Source: a bacterium | GTDB lineage: Bacteria > UBA8248 | Length of the DNA stretch: 64,000 bases | Reading direction: 5' to 3' | Assembly (NCBI GenBank): GCA_963692865.2 | Contig: OY843592.1 | Coordinates: 1,376,001 to 1,440,000 of the forward strand | In this document: positions 42,866 through 54,519 of the stretch, in pieces | Numbering within the stretch: the first letter of the stretch is position 1 | Layout: each line of letters opens with the position of its first letter | The notes under the pieces: model-generated | The model's database searches: none | Told to the model about the DNA's origin: nothing | The model's input: only the letters and a program-made list of their open reading frames with translations | Position numbers and translations under genes: made by a program

Positions 42866-45280
42866 ATGCGGATTAGCCTGGAATGGCTCGCCGATTTCAC
42901 CGACCTGGATATGGAAGACCCCGAGTTGCCGGAACGTCTGGCGAACGGCCTGCTGCTCGCGGGTCTGGAGGTCGAGGCGCTCGAACGGCCCGAAGCGTCG
43001 TTCGAGGGGCTCGTGGTGGCCGAAGTCTTGTCGGTGGATTCCCACCCCAACGCGGACAGGTTGAAAGTCTGCCGCGTGGCCGACGGCGCGGGGGAGCGCT
43101 CCGTGGTGTGCGGCGCGCCCAACGTCGCGGCGGGCAGGCGCGTCGTGCTGGCGACGCCCGGGGTGCGGATGCCGGGCGGGATGAAGGTCGAGGTCGCGCG
43201 GATTCGCGGCGAGCAGAGCGAGGGGATGCTCTGCTCGGAGCGCGAACTCGGTCTGGGTACGGACCATAGCGGCATCATGGTGCTCGGCGAGAATCAGGAG
43301 ATCGGCGCGGACGCGGCGGAGCTTCTGGGGCTCAACGACGTGATTTTCGACATCTCGATCACGCCGAACCGGGCGGATTGCCTCTCCGTCCTGGGCGTGG
43401 CGCGCGAGGCGGCGGCCCTTCTGGGAACCTCGCTCGAGGCGCCCGGGATTTCAGTCGAAGAGGATGAGAACGCCTCCGCCGCTTCGGTATGCGCGGTGGA
43501 GATATGGGACCCGGACAAATGCCCGCGCTACGCCGCCCGCATCATCCAGGGGGTGGAGATCGGCCCATCGCCCGGATGGATGGCGCGGCGCTTGAGAGCA
43601 GCGGGAATGCGGCCGATCAACAACGTGGTCGACGTGACGAACTACGTGATGCTCTCGCTCGGCCAGCCGCTCCATGCGTTCGACCTGCACCGCCTCGCCG
43701 AGCAGAAAATCATCGTGAGAAGGTGGGCGGAGAGCGACGGCCCCTTCACCACGCTCGACGGCCAGAAGCGCGAGATGGACGATGAGGACCTCATGATTTG
43801 CGACGGGGAGAAACCCGTCGCCATCGGCGGCGTGATGGGGGGGCTGTACTCCGAGGTGAGCGGCGATACCCGCGACATCCTGTTGGAAAGCGCTTATTTC
43901 ACGCCCCAGACCATCCGGCGCACCCGCAGGCGTCTGGGCATGTCCACGGAAGCGTCGTATCGCTTCGAGCGCGGGGTGGACCCCTCCGGCACGGTGCGCG
44001 CGGCGGATTTGGCCGCTGAACTCATCCGCCGGACGGCGGGCGGCGCCGTCGCCCGGGGGGTGGTGGATGCGCATCCCGCGCCCGTCGCGCCCAGGCAGGT
44101 GCCGATTCGGGTGGCGCGCGCGTCGAGTCTGCTCGGCATATCCCTGGACGCCCCCCGGGTGAGGGAGAGCCTCGAATCCCTGGGGTTGCCCGTGAGCGAA
44201 AAAGAAGACGGCGTTTTCAGCGTCGAGGTCCCCACCTTCCGGCCCGACATCGAACGCGAGATCGACCTTATCGAGGAGGTGGGCAGAAGGGTGGGTTACG
44301 AGAACATTCCCGCCACCCTGCCGGCTTCGGGAAGCCCCGCCGCAAGGCCGGCGCGCACCCGCTCTTTGGAGCTTCAGGCGCGCCGGATCATGGTGGCAGG
44401 CGGGTTCAGCGAGGCTATCAACTACAGCTTCGTCAGCAGGGAGGCTCTTGAGCGGATGGGGTGGCGCGATGAGCAAATGGTGGCGCTGCGCAATCCCCTG
44501 AGCGGCGAAATGGACGTGCTCAGAACCACGCTGCTCGCCGGTTTGCTGGCGAACGTGGCGCACAACCTGAGCAGGGGAGTGGGCGGGATACGCCTGTTCG
44601 AATTGGGGCGCTCGTTTCATCCCGTCGAAGAAGAAGCCTTGCCGGATCAGGTGCTGCGCATGGCCGGCGTCGTCGTCGGTGAAGCGGCGTCTCAAGACGG
44701 CGTGTCGCTTCCGGAGGCTTTGTCCGACCTGAAAGGGGTGATCGAGCGCTTCCTGGAATCCCTGGGACTGGAAAACCTCCTGTTCGAACCTGTCGACGCC
44801 GCTCCGGGTTGGGAGCCGTCGGCGGTTTCGGGTATTCTCGCCGGCGGCGCGGCGGTCGGCCACGTCGGTTTGGTTTCGCGTGAGGTGTTGGGCGGCTGGG
44901 ACATCGAGGCGGGCGTGACCGCTTTCGAGCTGAGCCTCGCCGTTTTGGCCGAAATCGACCCCGCCCCCCGCCGCCTGACGCCTCTGCCGAGGTATCCGGC
45001 TTCGCTGCGCGACTTGGCGGTGGTGGTGGATGCCGCGCGGACGAATGGGGAAATTGAGGAGATCATCCATCGAGCGGGTGGAGACTGGCTCGAATCGGTG
45101 GATTTGTTCGACGTCTATCAGGATGCCGCCTTGAAGGCATCGGGCGAGAAGAGCCTGGCGTATTCGCTGGTGTTCCGACACCCGGAGGCGACGCTCACCG
45201 ACGCGCAGGTCGGCGAGGCGTTCGAGGCGATTGTGGAGGTCTTGGGCGCGCGTCTGGGCGCGCGTCTTCGCTCGTGGTGA
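42866..45280 (+). CDS. pheT: phenylalanine--tRNA ligase beta subunit
   Basis: HPNADRL, CGAPN, TPNRADCLS, EASYRFERGVD, DLIEEVGR. Confidence 0.97.
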   Translation: MRISLEWLADFTDLDMEDPELPERLANGLLLAGLEVEALERPEASFEGLVVAEVLSVDSHPNADRLKVCRVADGAGERSVVCGAPNVAAGRRVVLATPGVRMPGGMKVEVARIRGEQSEGMLCSERELGLGTDHSGIMVLGENQEIGADAAELLGLNDVIFDISITPNRADCLSVLGVAREAAALLGTSLEAPGISVEEDENASAASVCAVEIWDPDKCPRYAARIIQGVEIGPSPGWMARRLRAAGMRPINNVVDVTNYVMLSLGQPLHAFDLHRLAEQKIIVRRWAESDGPFTTLDGQKREMDDEDLMICDGEKPVAIGGVMGGLYSEVSGDTRDILLESAYFTPQTIRRTRRRLGMSTEASYRFERGVDPSGTVRAADLAAELIRRTAGGAVARGVVDAHPAPVAPRQVPIRVARASSLLGISLDAPRVRESLESLGLPVSEKEDGVFSVEVPTFRPDIEREIDLIEEVGRRVGYENIPATLPASGSPAARPARTRSLELQARRIMVAGGFSEAINYSFVSREALERMGWRDEQMVALRNPLSGEMDVLRTTLLAGLLANVAHNLSRGVGGIRLFELGRSFHPVEEEALPDQVLRMAGVVVGEAASQDGVSLPEALSDLKGVIERFLESLGLENLLFEPVDAAPGWEPSAVSGILAGGAAVGHVGLVSREVLGGWDIEAGVTAFELSLAVLAEIDPAPRRLTPLPRYPASLRDLAVVVDAARTNGEIEEIIHRAGGDWLESVDLFDVYQDAALKASGEKSLAYSLVFRHPEATLTDAQVGEAFEAIVEVLGARLGARLRSW

Positions 45281-45285
45281 TTTCC

Positions 45286-45314
45286 TTGACACCGCTTTTT
45301 TCCGAACCTAGAAT
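45286..45314 (+). promoter_or_regulatory. sigma70 promoter for zapB/zapA
   Basis: TTGACA-17 bp-TAGAAT. Confidence 0.7.
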
Positions 45315-45374
45315 TATTTCAATGCGTTGCCGAAATTCGTTTTCTTTTGTTACGCCCGTGGAAAGAGTGTCCGA

Positions 45375-45629
45375 ATGGTCATCGAAAAATTAAACGCACT
45401 CGAAACCGCGCTCTCGAACCTTTTGGAAGAACGCAACGCCCTCAGGCGCTCCCGGGCGGAACTGGAGTCGCAAATCGAGAGGCTGAAGGAAGAAGCCCGC
45501 GCCGATTCCGAGTCCGTCCGCGTCCAGGCCGATGAGTTGGCGAAGTGCCAGGCGGAGAACGCGCGGCTTCAAAAAGAACAGGTCGAGATTCGAGAGCGCG
45601 TGGAGAAGATTCTGACGCACATCGAATAG
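45375..45629 (+). CDS. ZapB-like coiled-coil cell division protein
   Basis: Short coiled coil ending RERVEKIL, immediately upstream of zapA. Confidence 0.7.
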   Translation: MVIEKLNALETALSNLLEERNALRRSRAELESQIERLKEEARADSESVRVQADELAKCQAENARLQKEQVEIRERVEKILTHIE

Positions 45630-45673
45630 TTCGCCGCAGGAAAATGCAGGATGACGGCATAAGGAGACAACTT

Positions 45674-45952
45674 ATGACCGGGGAGAATAAACTCATGGTG
45701 GAGATATTTGGCCAGTCCCTGAACCTGAGAAGTTCGGCCAATGCCGAATATACGTTGCAACTCGCCGAATATGTGGATTCTCAAATTCACAAGGTCTCGC
45801 GTCAGTCGAACGATCCGATCAAGGTCGTTCTTCTGGCGTCGATGAACATCGCCAATGAGTTGTTCGAAGAGAAAAGAGCGAAGGAAAAAAGTGAGGAAGC
45901 CCTCTCACAACGCGCCGATTCTCTTTTGGAGATGGTGAAAAGAGCGGACTGA
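45674..45952 (+). CDS. zapA: cell division protein ZapA
   Basis: VEIFGQ....LAEYVDSQI...VLLASMNIANEL; AAGGAG RBS. Confidence 0.88.
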   Translation: MTGENKLMVEIFGQSLNLRSSANAEYTLQLAEYVDSQIHKVSRQSNDPIKVVLLASMNIANELFEEKRAKEKSEEALSQRADSLLEMVKRAD

Positions 45953-46028
45953 ACCGAAATTTCTCTCCATGCGGCAGTTTCTCCTGGTATTCATGCCCTG
46001 ATTTTAGTGTCATAATGCGTCTTTGGCT

Positions 46029-46208
46029 TGACCCTGCCGTGTTCGTGATGGGGTAAAGCATTTTGACCCAGTACGAATGTAACGGGAGTCCTGCCCCGCG
46101 GTGGTGAGCTATTCCTCTCGGGGAGTTCGGCCTAAAGCCGCGGATATGGACGCCCACCTGGCGAAAGCTGGGTTCAAAGCGAACCTCACACGGCACAAGG
46201 CGGGGTCA
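46029..46208 (+). ncRNA. ssrS: 6S RNA
   Basis: Complementary termini tgaccctgcc/ggcggggtca, ~180 nt, cccacctg...gggttcaa motif; canonical position between zapA and fau. Confidence 0.85.
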
Positions 46209-46286
46209 TTACTGAAGTGGACCTCGGGCTGCGGACGGGAGTGTTCCTCGCGGCGGCGACCCGAGTGTGGCGTTGAAAGAGAGCGC

Positions 46287-46904
46287 ATGGCCGAATCGGA
46301 GATGGAGAAACGCGAAGTTCGGCTGAAGATGAAGGAGATGAGAGAACGATTTCCCCCTGCCGAGGCCGGCGTGTTGAGCCGCTTGGCGGGAAGGCGCCTG
46401 GATTCTTTTCTGGTTCTCATGGGCGCGCGCAGGGTGGGAATATATGCGGCGGTTCGCGGCGAGATGGATCTCTCGTCGCTCTGGAGTGAAGGTAGCGATG
46501 CGAAAAGGACATATTACTTCCCCCGGGTGGGGAAAGAGGTTTTGCATTTCTGTCCGGTGAATCATCCTGAGACGGAGCTTCGGCCTGGCGCGCTTCGAAT
46601 TCCGGAACCTGTTCGCGATATTCCAACCATTGATGTGAATGCGCTCGACGTGGTCGTCGTCCCCGGCCTTGCGTTCGATCCGTATGGCGGTCGGCTGGGA
46701 ATCGGCGGGGGATTTTACGATCGCACTTTTCAGGCCCGCCGCGGCGGCCCGGATGGGTCCGGGCCCCTGCTGGTGGGCGCCGGTTATGCGTTTCAGTTGC
46801 TCGTCGGCGAATTCTGGGGGCGGGATGTCTGGGATGTCGACGTTGATTGGGTGATAACCGATCGGGGGGCGCTGCGATGCCTCTCACGTGAATATATGCC
46901 CTAG
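46287..46904 (+). CDS. 5-formyltetrahydrofolate cyclo-ligase
   Basis: VVVPGLAFD..GGRLG.GGGFYDR, WDVDVDWVITD. Confidence 0.9.
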   Translation: MAESEMEKREVRLKMKEMRERFPPAEAGVLSRLAGRRLDSFLVLMGARRVGIYAAVRGEMDLSSLWSEGSDAKRTYYFPRVGKEVLHFCPVNHPETELRPGALRIPEPVRDIPTIDVNALDVVVVPGLAFDPYGGRLGIGGGFYDRTFQARRGGPDGSGPLLVGAGYAFQLLVGEFWGRDVWDVDVDWVITDRGALRCLSREYMP

Positions 46905-46913
46905 GAGGCGGAT

Positions 46914-48497
46914 ATGGATAACGTGGTTTTGTTGCAGGCAGTCGTTGTCGCCGTCGCCGTCGTTTGCGTGGCGGTGTTGTTCGTCATGCGGGCGATGAAG
47001 CGTCGGCATGAAGAGACGGTGGCCCGCCTGGAGGCGGAAGCCGAGGACCGGGTTCGGCAGGTCAACGAGAGCGCAACCAAGGAACTGTCCCAGAAGATTC
47101 AGGAGTCGCAGGTCGCGCACAAAGCGGAGTTGCTGCAGGAAAGGGAGCGCATCGAGCGGGAGAACAAATCCCGCGTGGATGAACTCCAAAAGCTCGAACA
47201 AAGGGTGAACCAGCGCGAAGAGATACTGGACAGGCGCCGCGAGAGCCTCGACGGCAAGGAAGCGGCCGTCGAGCGCCGCGACGCCGAATTGAGCGAAAAG
47301 GAACGGGAACTGAAGCGCGAGGAGGCGCGCTATAAACAACTCCAGGAAGAGGAGATCAGAAAACTCGAGGAAATTTCCGGCCTCAGCGTCGAGAGCGCGA
47401 AAAAAGAACTCATGGATCGTTTCATGGAGGAGGCGAAACAGGACATCGCCGCCGAGGTGCAGCGCCTCGAGCGCCGGGCCAGGAATACCGTGGAAGCCGA
47501 TGCGAAACAGGCGCTCGCCCTGGCCGTGGAGCGCTTCTCTTCCGAACATGTGGCGGAAAACCTGGTGAGCGTGGTGGATTTGCCGACCGATGAGATGAAG
47601 GGCCGCATCATCGGCCGCGAGGGCAGGAACATCCGGGCTCTCGAAATGGCGACCGGCGTGGACGTGATCATCGACGATACGCCCGAGGCCGTCGTCGTCT
47701 CGGGCTTCGACAAGGTGCGCCGCGAGACGGCGCGTCTGGCGCTCGAGGCGCTCGTGCAGGACGGGCGGATCCACCCGGGCAGAATCGAGGACATCGTCAA
47801 CAAGACGAAAAAAGACCTCGACTCCCAGATACGCCGGGCGGGTGAAGAGACCGTCATGGAACTCGGGGTGGGCGACGTGCATCCCGAACTCGTGAACATG
47901 CTGGGCCGCCTCAAATACCGCACGAGTTACAGCCAGAACGCGCTCATGCACTCCAGGGAGGTGGCCTATCTCGCCGGGATGCTGGCGGATGAGTTGCGCA
48001 TCGACCCCACGATGGCGAAGCGCGCCGGCTTGTTTCACGACATCGGCAAGGCGGCGACGCACGAGGTCGAGGGCTCCCACGTCCAGATAGGCTACGACAT
48101 CGCCAAGCGCTACAACGAACCCCCCGAGGTCTTGAACGCCATCGTCTCCCACCATGAGGACGAGGAGGCGAACTGCATCGAATCCGTCCTGGTGAAGGCG
48201 GCCGATACGCTCTCAGCCGCCCGGCCGGGGGCGAGGCGCGAGATGGTGGAGAGCTACATCAAGCGCCTGGAGGCGCTCGAGAAGATCGCCGAATCGTTCA
48301 ATGGCGTGGAGAAGTGCTTCGCCATCCAGGCGGGCCGGGAGATTCGCGTGTCGGTCCTGCCCGATGAGGTCACCGACTCGCAGGCCACCTTCCTGGCGCG
48401 GGACATCGCCAAGAGAATCGAGAGCGAACGCACGTATCCGGGCGAAATCCTCGTCACCGTCATTCGCGAAACCCGCCACGTGGCCACTGCGCGTTGA
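46914..48497 (+). CDS. rny: ribonuclease Y
   Basis: N-terminal TM, coiled coil, KH domain [16 protein letters not shown] motif HDIGK. Confidence 0.97.
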   Translation: MDNVVLLQAVVVAVAVVCVAVLFVMRAMKRRHEETVARLEAEAEDRVRQVNESATKELSQKIQESQVAHKAELLQERERIERENKSRVDELQKLEQRVNQREEILDRRRESLDGKEAAVERRDAELSEKERELKREEARYKQLQEEEIRKLEEISGLSVESAKKELMDRFMEEAKQDIAAEVQRLERRARNTVEADAKQALALAVERFSSEHVAENLVSVVDLPTDEMKGRIIGREGRNIRALEMATGVDVIIDDTPEAVVVSGFDKVRRETARLALEALVQDGRIHPGRIEDIVNKTKKDLDSQIRRAGEETVMELGVGDVHPELVNMLGRLKYRTSYSQNALMHSREVAYLAGMLADELRIDPTMAKRAGLFHDIGKAATHEVEGSHVQIGYDIAKRYNEPPEVLNAIVSHHEDEEANCIESVLVKAADTLSAARPGARREMVESYIKRLEALEKIAESFNGVEKCFAIQAGREIRVSVLPDEVTDSQATFLARDIAKRIESERTYPGEILVTVIRETRHVATAR

Positions 48498-49291
48498 GGT
48501 CGTCTTTGAGGCTGCTCTTCATCGGAGACATCACGGGAAAAGTGGGCCGCCGGATGGCCTGCGCCCATCTGGGCGCGCTCAAGGAAAAACACGGGGTGGA
48601 CGTGTGCGTCATCAACGGGGAGAACGCGGCCGGCGGCTTCGGGATCAACAACGCGCACGTCGACGAGTTGCTCGATGCGGGAGTGGACGTCATCACCTCG
48701 GGGAACCACATCTGGAACCGCAAGGAGACGGCCGATTTCATTTTGCGCGAACCCCGCCTGCTCAGGCCCGGGAACTACCCTCCCCGAACGCCGGGGAAGG
48801 GCGTCTTCGTCCTGGAATGCGAAAAAGGCCGCCTCGCCGTCTTGAACCTCATGGGCCGCGTCTTCATGCCGCCCATCGAGTGTCCTTTCCGGGAAGCCGA
48901 TGAACTCGTGAGGACAGTGGGCCATGATACGAAAATGATCATGGTCGATTTTCACGCGGAGGCCACGAGCGAGAAGGTGGCGATGGGCTGGCACCTCGAC
49001 GGGCGAGTGAGCGCCGTCTTCGGTACGCACACCCACATTCAGACGGCGGACGAGCGGGTGCTGCCCAAGGGTACGGCCTTCATTACGGACGTCGGCATGA
49101 CGGGGCCGCGCAACTCCATCATCGGCATGAAAACCGAGATTGTTCTGGATAAATTTATCTCGGGGCTCCCACGCCGCTTCGAAGTGGCCGGAGGCGAGGG
49201 GCAACTGAGCGGCGCGCTCGTCGAGATAGCCCCCGATTCCGGAAAGGCGCTTTCCATCGAGCGCGTCCAGGTGCTGGAGGGGGAGCTCTAG
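48494..49291 (+). CDS. TIGR00282/YmdB-family metallophosphoesterase
   Basis: [34 protein letters not shown]. Confidence 0.93.
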   Translation: MRSSLRLLFIGDITGKVGRRMACAHLGALKEKHGVDVCVINGENAAGGFGINNAHVDELLDAGVDVITSGNHIWNRKETADFILREPRLLRPGNYPPRTPGKGVFVLECEKGRLAVLNLMGRVFMPPIECPFREADELVRTVGHDTKMIMVDFHAEATSEKVAMGWHLDGRVSAVFGTHTHIQTADERVLPKGTAFITDVGMTGPRNSIIGMKTEIVLDKFISGLPRRFEVAGGEGQLSGALVEIAPDSGKALSIERVQVLEGEL

Positions 49292-49328
49292 CGAGCCGCC
49301 TGCTTTCGCTTCGCTCTTGAGAAGGCTT

Positions 49329-49934
49329 TCAATGTCCGTTCCTATGGGCGGACTTCTCGTAGTCGGTGATGGCGAATTTCGAGGGCTTGTCTTTTCTGAG
49401 AAACGCGAGCAATCGTTTCAGGCGCCATTCGAGAGAGCGCGACTCCAGGAAGGCCTGTTTTTCCCGAAGCGGCAGCCTGAGAACTTCGGCGACGGCGAAA
49501 GAGAGACGGAACGGGTCTTCCAGCAATTCCTCGGGCAGGTTCAAGGGCGCCGAATCGCTTTTTTCGAGAGCGTCCCACACCATTCGGCATAATTCCGTGG
49601 GGTCGTCTCCTTCTTCATCGTGAAAATCGCTTGCCTCCCCCTCGAAGAAGGGCCGGCTGTCATAGATTCGGAAAACCTCGAAGCGCTGCTCGCCCAGGGT
49701 CAGGATGTTCATCCTGCCGTCGGGAAATTTTTCGATCACCTGGGTGATGCGGGCCGCGCAGCCGATTTTATGGATACCGCTTTTCTCCACCAGAACGACT
49801 CCAAAGGGTGCGTCGTCCTCGATGCACTCGCCGATCATGATCTTATAGCGTTCCTCGAAAATGTGCAGGGGCAGTCGCTGACTCGGCAAGAGTACGACTT
49901 GAAGCGGGAACAGGGGCAGGCGATAGGTAGTCAT
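49329..49934 (-). CDS. LON peptidase substrate-binding domain protein
   Basis: LPLFPL.VVLLP...LPLHIFEERY...FGVV. Confidence 0.88.
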   Translation of the reverse strand: MTTYRLPLFPLQVVLLPSQRLPLHIFEERYKIMIGECIEDDAPFGVVLVEKSGIHKIGCAARITQVIEKFPDGRMNILTLGEQRFEVFRIYDSRPFFEGEASDFHDEEGDDPTELCRMVWDALEKSDSAPLNLPEELLEDPFRLSFAVAEVLRLPLREKQAFLESRSLEWRLKRLLAFLRKDKPSKFAITDYEKSAHRNGH

Positions 49935-50130
49935 GAAAAAAGTGTAACTTGAATCGCCCGATTTTGAAATTCACGCGAAGTTTCGGGAGGCCGGCGCCCG
50001 GAGTGGCGCATATCGCTCCCGGACTGGAACCTTCACCTCAAGCTGGCCTGATTGTGCGCGATTATGGTATTTTCTCTCCATCGGGACAGGAGCGTCTTTC
50101 AGTCTTTGGGTTTTGCGGAGGTTTCCCACG

Positions 50131-51759
50131 ATGAGCGAGCCGAGCATCGCTATGGCCCAAAGGGCGTGGAGCGAGCCTGGGGAGGAAGGCGGTAGAGCCA
50201 CCCTGTCGGGCATCACGCTTCCGGCGTTTTTCGGCCCCGGAGAGGTGGATTTGGAAAACTCCGACGAGAAGCCGGGGGCGCATCCCTACACGCGCGGCAT
50301 CTACGCGAACATGTACCGGGGCAAGCTCTGGACGATGCGCCAATACGCCGGTTTCGGCAGCGCGCGGGAGAGCAACCAACGCTACCGTTACCTCCTCGAT
50401 CACGGGCAGATGGGGATTTCCGTGGCGTTCGATCTGCCCACCCAGATCGGCTATGACCCGGGTCATCCTCTGGTATTTGGTGAAGTGGGCCGCGTGGGGG
50501 TGTCCATCGCCTCCATCGAGGACATGGAAGTTCTGCTCGATGACATCCCCCTGGACAAGATTTCCACGTCTATGACCATCAACGCCACCGCCCCCATCCT
50601 GCTGGCCCTCTACGTCGCGGTGGCGGAGAAGCGCGGCATTTCCTCCGAAGCCCTCAGGGGAACCGTGCAGAACGACATCTTGAAGGAATACATCTCGCGC
50701 GGAACCTACATTTATCCGCCCGAGGCGAGCTTGCGTCTCATCACCGACACCATGGAGTTCTGCAAGGACAGGGTGCCGAAGTGGAACGCCATATCGATCA
50801 GCGGCTACCACATCCGCGAGGCGGGATCGACCGCGGTTCAAGAGGTCGCCTTCACGCTGGCGAACGCCATTACCTACGTGGAGTCCGCGGTGGACGCGGG
50901 GCTGAACGTGGATGAACTCGGCTCGCAGATATCGTTTTTCTTCAACGTCCACAATCATTTTCTGGAGGAGATCGCAAAATTCCGCGCCGCGCGCAGGCTT
51001 TGGGCGCGAATCATGCGCGAGCGGTTCGGGGCGCGCACGGAGAAGGCCTGCATGCTGCGGTTTCATTCCCAGACCGCCGGCAGCGCGCTGACGGCCCAGC
51101 AGCCGAAGAACAACGTCGTGCGCGTCGCGCTTCAGGCGATGGCCGCCGTGCTCGGAGGCACGCAGTCGCTTCACACGAATTCGATGGACGAAGCCCTCTC
51201 CCTGCCCACGGAGGACGCGGCGAGGCTCGCCCTCAGAACCCAGCAGATAATCGCCGAGGAGTCGAACGTGCCGAACGTGGCGGACCCGTGCGGCGGGGCG
51301 TACGCCATCGAGGCGCTCACTTCGGAGATCGTCTCTCGTGCGGAGGAGATGATCCGGCAAATCGACGAATCCGGCGGCATGCTCCACGCCATCGAAACGG
51401 GATGGGTGCAGCGCCAGATTCAGGAGAGCGCCTATACCTACCAACGTCTCGTCGATGAGGGGGAGATGGTCGTCGTCGGCGTGAACCGGTATCAACAGGA
51501 AGAAGAGTCGCCCATCTCGACGCTCCAGATTCGCCCGGAAGTCGAAGAAGAGCAAAGGGAGCGCGTCGCCTCGCTCCGGAGGAGGCGCGACGCCGCGCGC
51601 ACGAGCGATGCGCTCGACGCTTTGAGCCACGCGGCCAGGGGTGATGACAATCTTCTGCCCTACATTCTGAGGGCGGTGAAGGCCGAGGCCACCGTCGGGG
51701 AGATCGCGGACGCCATGCGCGAGGTTTTCGGCCTCTATCAGCAAGACGTCGCCATCTGA
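50131..51759 (+). CDS. methylmalonyl-CoA mutase, substrate-binding (large) subunit
   Basis: [38 protein letters not shown]; no B12-binding domain; start uncertain. Confidence 0.92.
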   Translation: MSEPSIAMAQRAWSEPGEEGGRATLSGITLPAFFGPGEVDLENSDEKPGAHPYTRGIYANMYRGKLWTMRQYAGFGSARESNQRYRYLLDHGQMGISVAFDLPTQIGYDPGHPLVFGEVGRVGVSIASIEDMEVLLDDIPLDKISTSMTINATAPILLALYVAVAEKRGISSEALRGTVQNDILKEYISRGTYIYPPEASLRLITDTMEFCKDRVPKWNAISISGYHIREAGSTAVQEVAFTLANAITYVESAVDAGLNVDELGSQISFFFNVHNHFLEEIAKFRAARRLWARIMRERFGARTEKACMLRFHSQTAGSALTAQQPKNNVVRVALQAMAAVLGGTQSLHTNSMDEALSLPTEDAARLALRTQQIIAEESNVPNVADPCGGAYAIEALTSEIVSRAEEMIRQIDESGGMLHAIETGWVQRQIQESAYTYQRLVDEGEMVVVGVNRYQQEEESPISTLQIRPEVEEEQRERVASLRRRRDAARTSDALDALSHAARGDDNLLPYILRAVKAEATVGEIADAMREVFGLYQQDVAI

Positions 51760-51827
51760 AGCGAAGCGGCGCCTCACCCGCCGCAGTGATTTTCAAGTCC
51801 AAGAGCGACATTTGGAGAAATCAGCCT

Positions 51828-54473
51828 ATGAAGGGCAATGAGGTCCGCCAGAAATTTCTCGAATTCTTCGCCGACGAGGCCCACAGGATCGTCCGCAGTT
51901 CCAGCCTGGTGCCCATGAACGACCCCACCTTGTTGTTCACCAATGCAGGCATGGTCCAGTTCAAGGACGTGTTCACGGGCTTGGAGAAGCGCGACTACTC
52001 CCGGGCGGTGACCTCCCAGAAATGCCTCAGGGTGAGCGGCAAGCACAACGACCTTGAAAACGTTGGCCGAACGGCCCGGCATCACACGTTTTTCGAGATG
52101 TTGGGCAACTTTTCGTTCGGCCAGTATTTCAAGGAAAAGGCGATCGAATTCGGCTGGGAGTTTTTGGTGAGCCGCGTGGGTCTCGACGGAGATCGCATGT
52201 GGATCACCGTTTTCAGGGAGGACGACGAGGCGGCGGAGCTTTGGCAGCGGCTGGTCGGCGTTCCGCCCGAGCGCATCGTCCGCATGGACGAGAAGGACAA
52301 CTTCTGGGCGATGGGGGACACCGGCCCCTGCGGCCCCTGCTCCGAGCTCATCTACGATCAGGGAGATCACATCGTCGGCGCGCCGCCGGGCAGCGGACAC
52401 GCAGATGAGGACGGAGACCGCTACCTCGAACTTTGGAACTTGGTGTTCATGCAGTTCAACCGGGAGGCTTCGGGCAAGATGGAGCCGCTGCCCAAGCCAT
52501 CCGTCGACACGGGAATGGGGCTCGAGCGCCTCGCGGCGGTGGTGCAGAAAGAAGACAGCAACTACCACACCGATCTTTTGATGCCGCTCATCCATTCGGT
52601 CGAGGAACGCTGCGGCAAGGAGTACACCGGCGGCGACGCGCCGAACGACGTTTCTTTCCGCGTCATCGCGGACCACGTTCGCGCGGTCAGCTTCCTCGTG
52701 GCGGACGGCGTTCTTCCAAGCAACGAGGGCCGCGGCTACGTGCTGAGGCGCGTGGCGAGACGGGCCTTGCGCCACGGCAGGATGCTGGGCATCGAGGGGC
52801 CGTTCCTGCATCAGACGGCGGGCGTGGTGGCCGACATGATGGGAGACGCCTTTCCCGAACTGAGCGAGGGTCTGAGCTACATCTCTCGCGTCACGCTGGC
52901 CGAAGAGGAGAGGTTCGCCAACACCCTGGCGCAGGGCCAGCCGCGTATGGACGCGCTTGCCGAGGAGGTGAAGTCATCGGGCGGCGTCACTATTCCGGGC
53001 GGGGAGGTGTTCACCCTGCTCGATACCTACGGCTACCCTTCGGATCTGGCGGTGGAGACGGCCGCGTTCCATGGCCTCGAAATAGATCAGGGCGGTTTCG
53101 ACGAGGCGATGGAGCAGCAGCGAGAGCGCGCCCGCGCCCATTGGAAGGGTTCGGGCGAGGCCGCCGTCGATGAAATCTGGCATCGGGTGCGCGACGAGGC
53201 GGGCGCGACGGAGTTCACCGGCTATCAGAACGATGAGCAGGAAGCCTGCGCGCGCGCCATCATCGTGGACGGCGCGCCTTGCGATGAAGCCGGCCCCGGC
53301 GAGGAGGCGCGCGTCGTGCTCGACAAGACGCCGTTCTACGGCGAGGCGGGCGGTCAGGAAGGGGACAGGGGCGGTTTCTCATGGCCCGATGGCGCCGCCG
53401 TCGTACTCGATACGCAAAAACCGCTTCCCGACGTGTACGTCCATCACGTCAAGGTGACGGAAGGAGCCCTCGATAAGGGACAAACCCTTACTGCTCGAAT
53501 CGACGCGGAAAGGCGCGACCTCCTGAGGCTCAACCACTCGGCCACCCACCTGCTGCAATACGCGCTTCGCCAGGTTCTGGGCGATCACGTGAAACAGGCG
53601 GGCTCCCACCTCTCGCCCGAGAGGCTGCGGTTCGACTACACCCACTTCGCGGCGATGACGACTCGCGAGCGCGAAAGGGTGGAAGATATCGTGAACGAGC
53701 GCATTCGCGAGAACGCGAGCGTGGAGACGCGCCACATGTCGATTGACGACGCGCTGGCCGCAGGGGCGACGGCGCTCTTCGGCGAGCGTTACGGCGAGGA
53801 CGTGCGGGTCGTCTCCGTGGGTGATTTCAGCATGGAGCTTTGCGGGGGCACGCACGCGCGCGCCGCGGGAGACATCGGGTTTTTCCGCATCCTGCACGAG
53901 GGCAGCGTGGCTTCGGGCGTACGGCGCATCGAAGCCCTGACGGGAGAGGGCGCGCTTCTTCAAGCTCGCAAAGAGCAACACGCGCTCTCGGAGATCGGGG
54001 AACTCACCCGGGCGGCGCCGTTGGAAGAAGCCGAGCGGGTGAGGCGACTGCTCGACCGCGTGAAGACGCTCGAGCGTGAACTCAAGGATTCGCGCGAGAG
54101 GCAATCGCGCGACGAGATGGGCGATCTGGCTTCGGAGGCCCGGGAGGTTTCGGGCGTCAAACTGATCGCCGTGCGGCGCGACGGCCTTCAGGCGGGCGAT
54201 TTGCGCGGCATCGTCGACGCGGCGAAGGGCAAGCTGAAAAGCGGCGTCGCGGTAGTCGCCGCCGTGACGGACGGGAAGGTCGCCATCGCCGCGGGCGTAA
54301 CGAAAGACCTCACGACTCGCATCCATGCCGGGAACCTGGTGAAGGAGGTGGCCTCGCTCGTCGGGGGCAGGGGCGGCGGCCGGCCGGACTTCGCCCAGGC
54401 GGGCGGCAAGGACGTCGAAAAAGTGGATGACGCTCTCGCTGCGGTTCCTGAGTTAATCGAGAAAATGACATAA
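51828..54473 (+). CDS. alaS: alanine--tRNA ligase
   Basis: DPTLLFTNAGM, HHTFFEMLGNFS, NHSATHLL, ELCGGTH, GGGRPDFAQAG. Confidence 0.98.
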   Translation: MKGNEVRQKFLEFFADEAHRIVRSSSLVPMNDPTLLFTNAGMVQFKDVFTGLEKRDYSRAVTSQKCLRVSGKHNDLENVGRTARHHTFFEMLGNFSFGQYFKEKAIEFGWEFLVSRVGLDGDRMWITVFREDDEAAELWQRLVGVPPERIVRMDEKDNFWAMGDTGPCGPCSELIYDQGDHIVGAPPGSGHADEDGDRYLELWNLVFMQFNREASGKMEPLPKPSVDTGMGLERLAAVVQKEDSNYHTDLLMPLIHSVEERCGKEYTGGDAPNDVSFRVIADHVRAVSFLVADGVLPSNEGRGYVLRRVARRALRHGRMLGIEGPFLHQTAGVVADMMGDAFPELSEGLSYISRVTLAEEERFANTLAQGQPRMDALAEEVKSSGGVTIPGGEVFTLLDTYGYPSDLAVETAAFHGLEIDQGGFDEAMEQQRERARAHWKGSGEAAVDEIWHRVRDEAGATEFTGYQNDEQEACARAIIVDGAPCDEAGPGEEARVVLDKTPFYGEAGGQEGDRGGFSWPDGAAVVLDTQKPLPDVYVHHVKVTEGALDKGQTLTARIDAERRDLLRLNHSATHLLQYALRQVLGDHVKQAGSHLSPERLRFDYTHFAAMTTRERERVEDIVNERIRENASVETRHMSIDDALAAGATALFGERYGEDVRVVSVGDFSMELCGGTHARAAGDIGFFRILHEGSVASGVRRIEALTGEGALLQARKEQHALSEIGELTRAAPLEEAERVRRLLDRVKTLERELKDSRERQSRDEMGDLASEAREVSGVKLIAVRRDGLQAGDLRGIVDAAKGKLKSGVAVVAAVTDGKVAIAAGVTKDLTTRIHAGNLVKEVASLVGGRGGGRPDFAQAGGKDVEKVDDALAAVPELIEKMT

Positions 54474-54519
54474 CCGCCGCACATCCGCGCCCGGGTCAGG
54501 CGGGCTGATTGCAGCATTC

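Noticed and set aside
46101-46286. N-terminal extension of the cyclo-ligase ORF
   Set aside because: It overlaps the 6S RNA
50131-51759. Isobutyryl-CoA or other variant mutase
   Set aside because: RQYAGF keeps the Tyr typical of methylmalonyl-CoA mutase; split subunits are common
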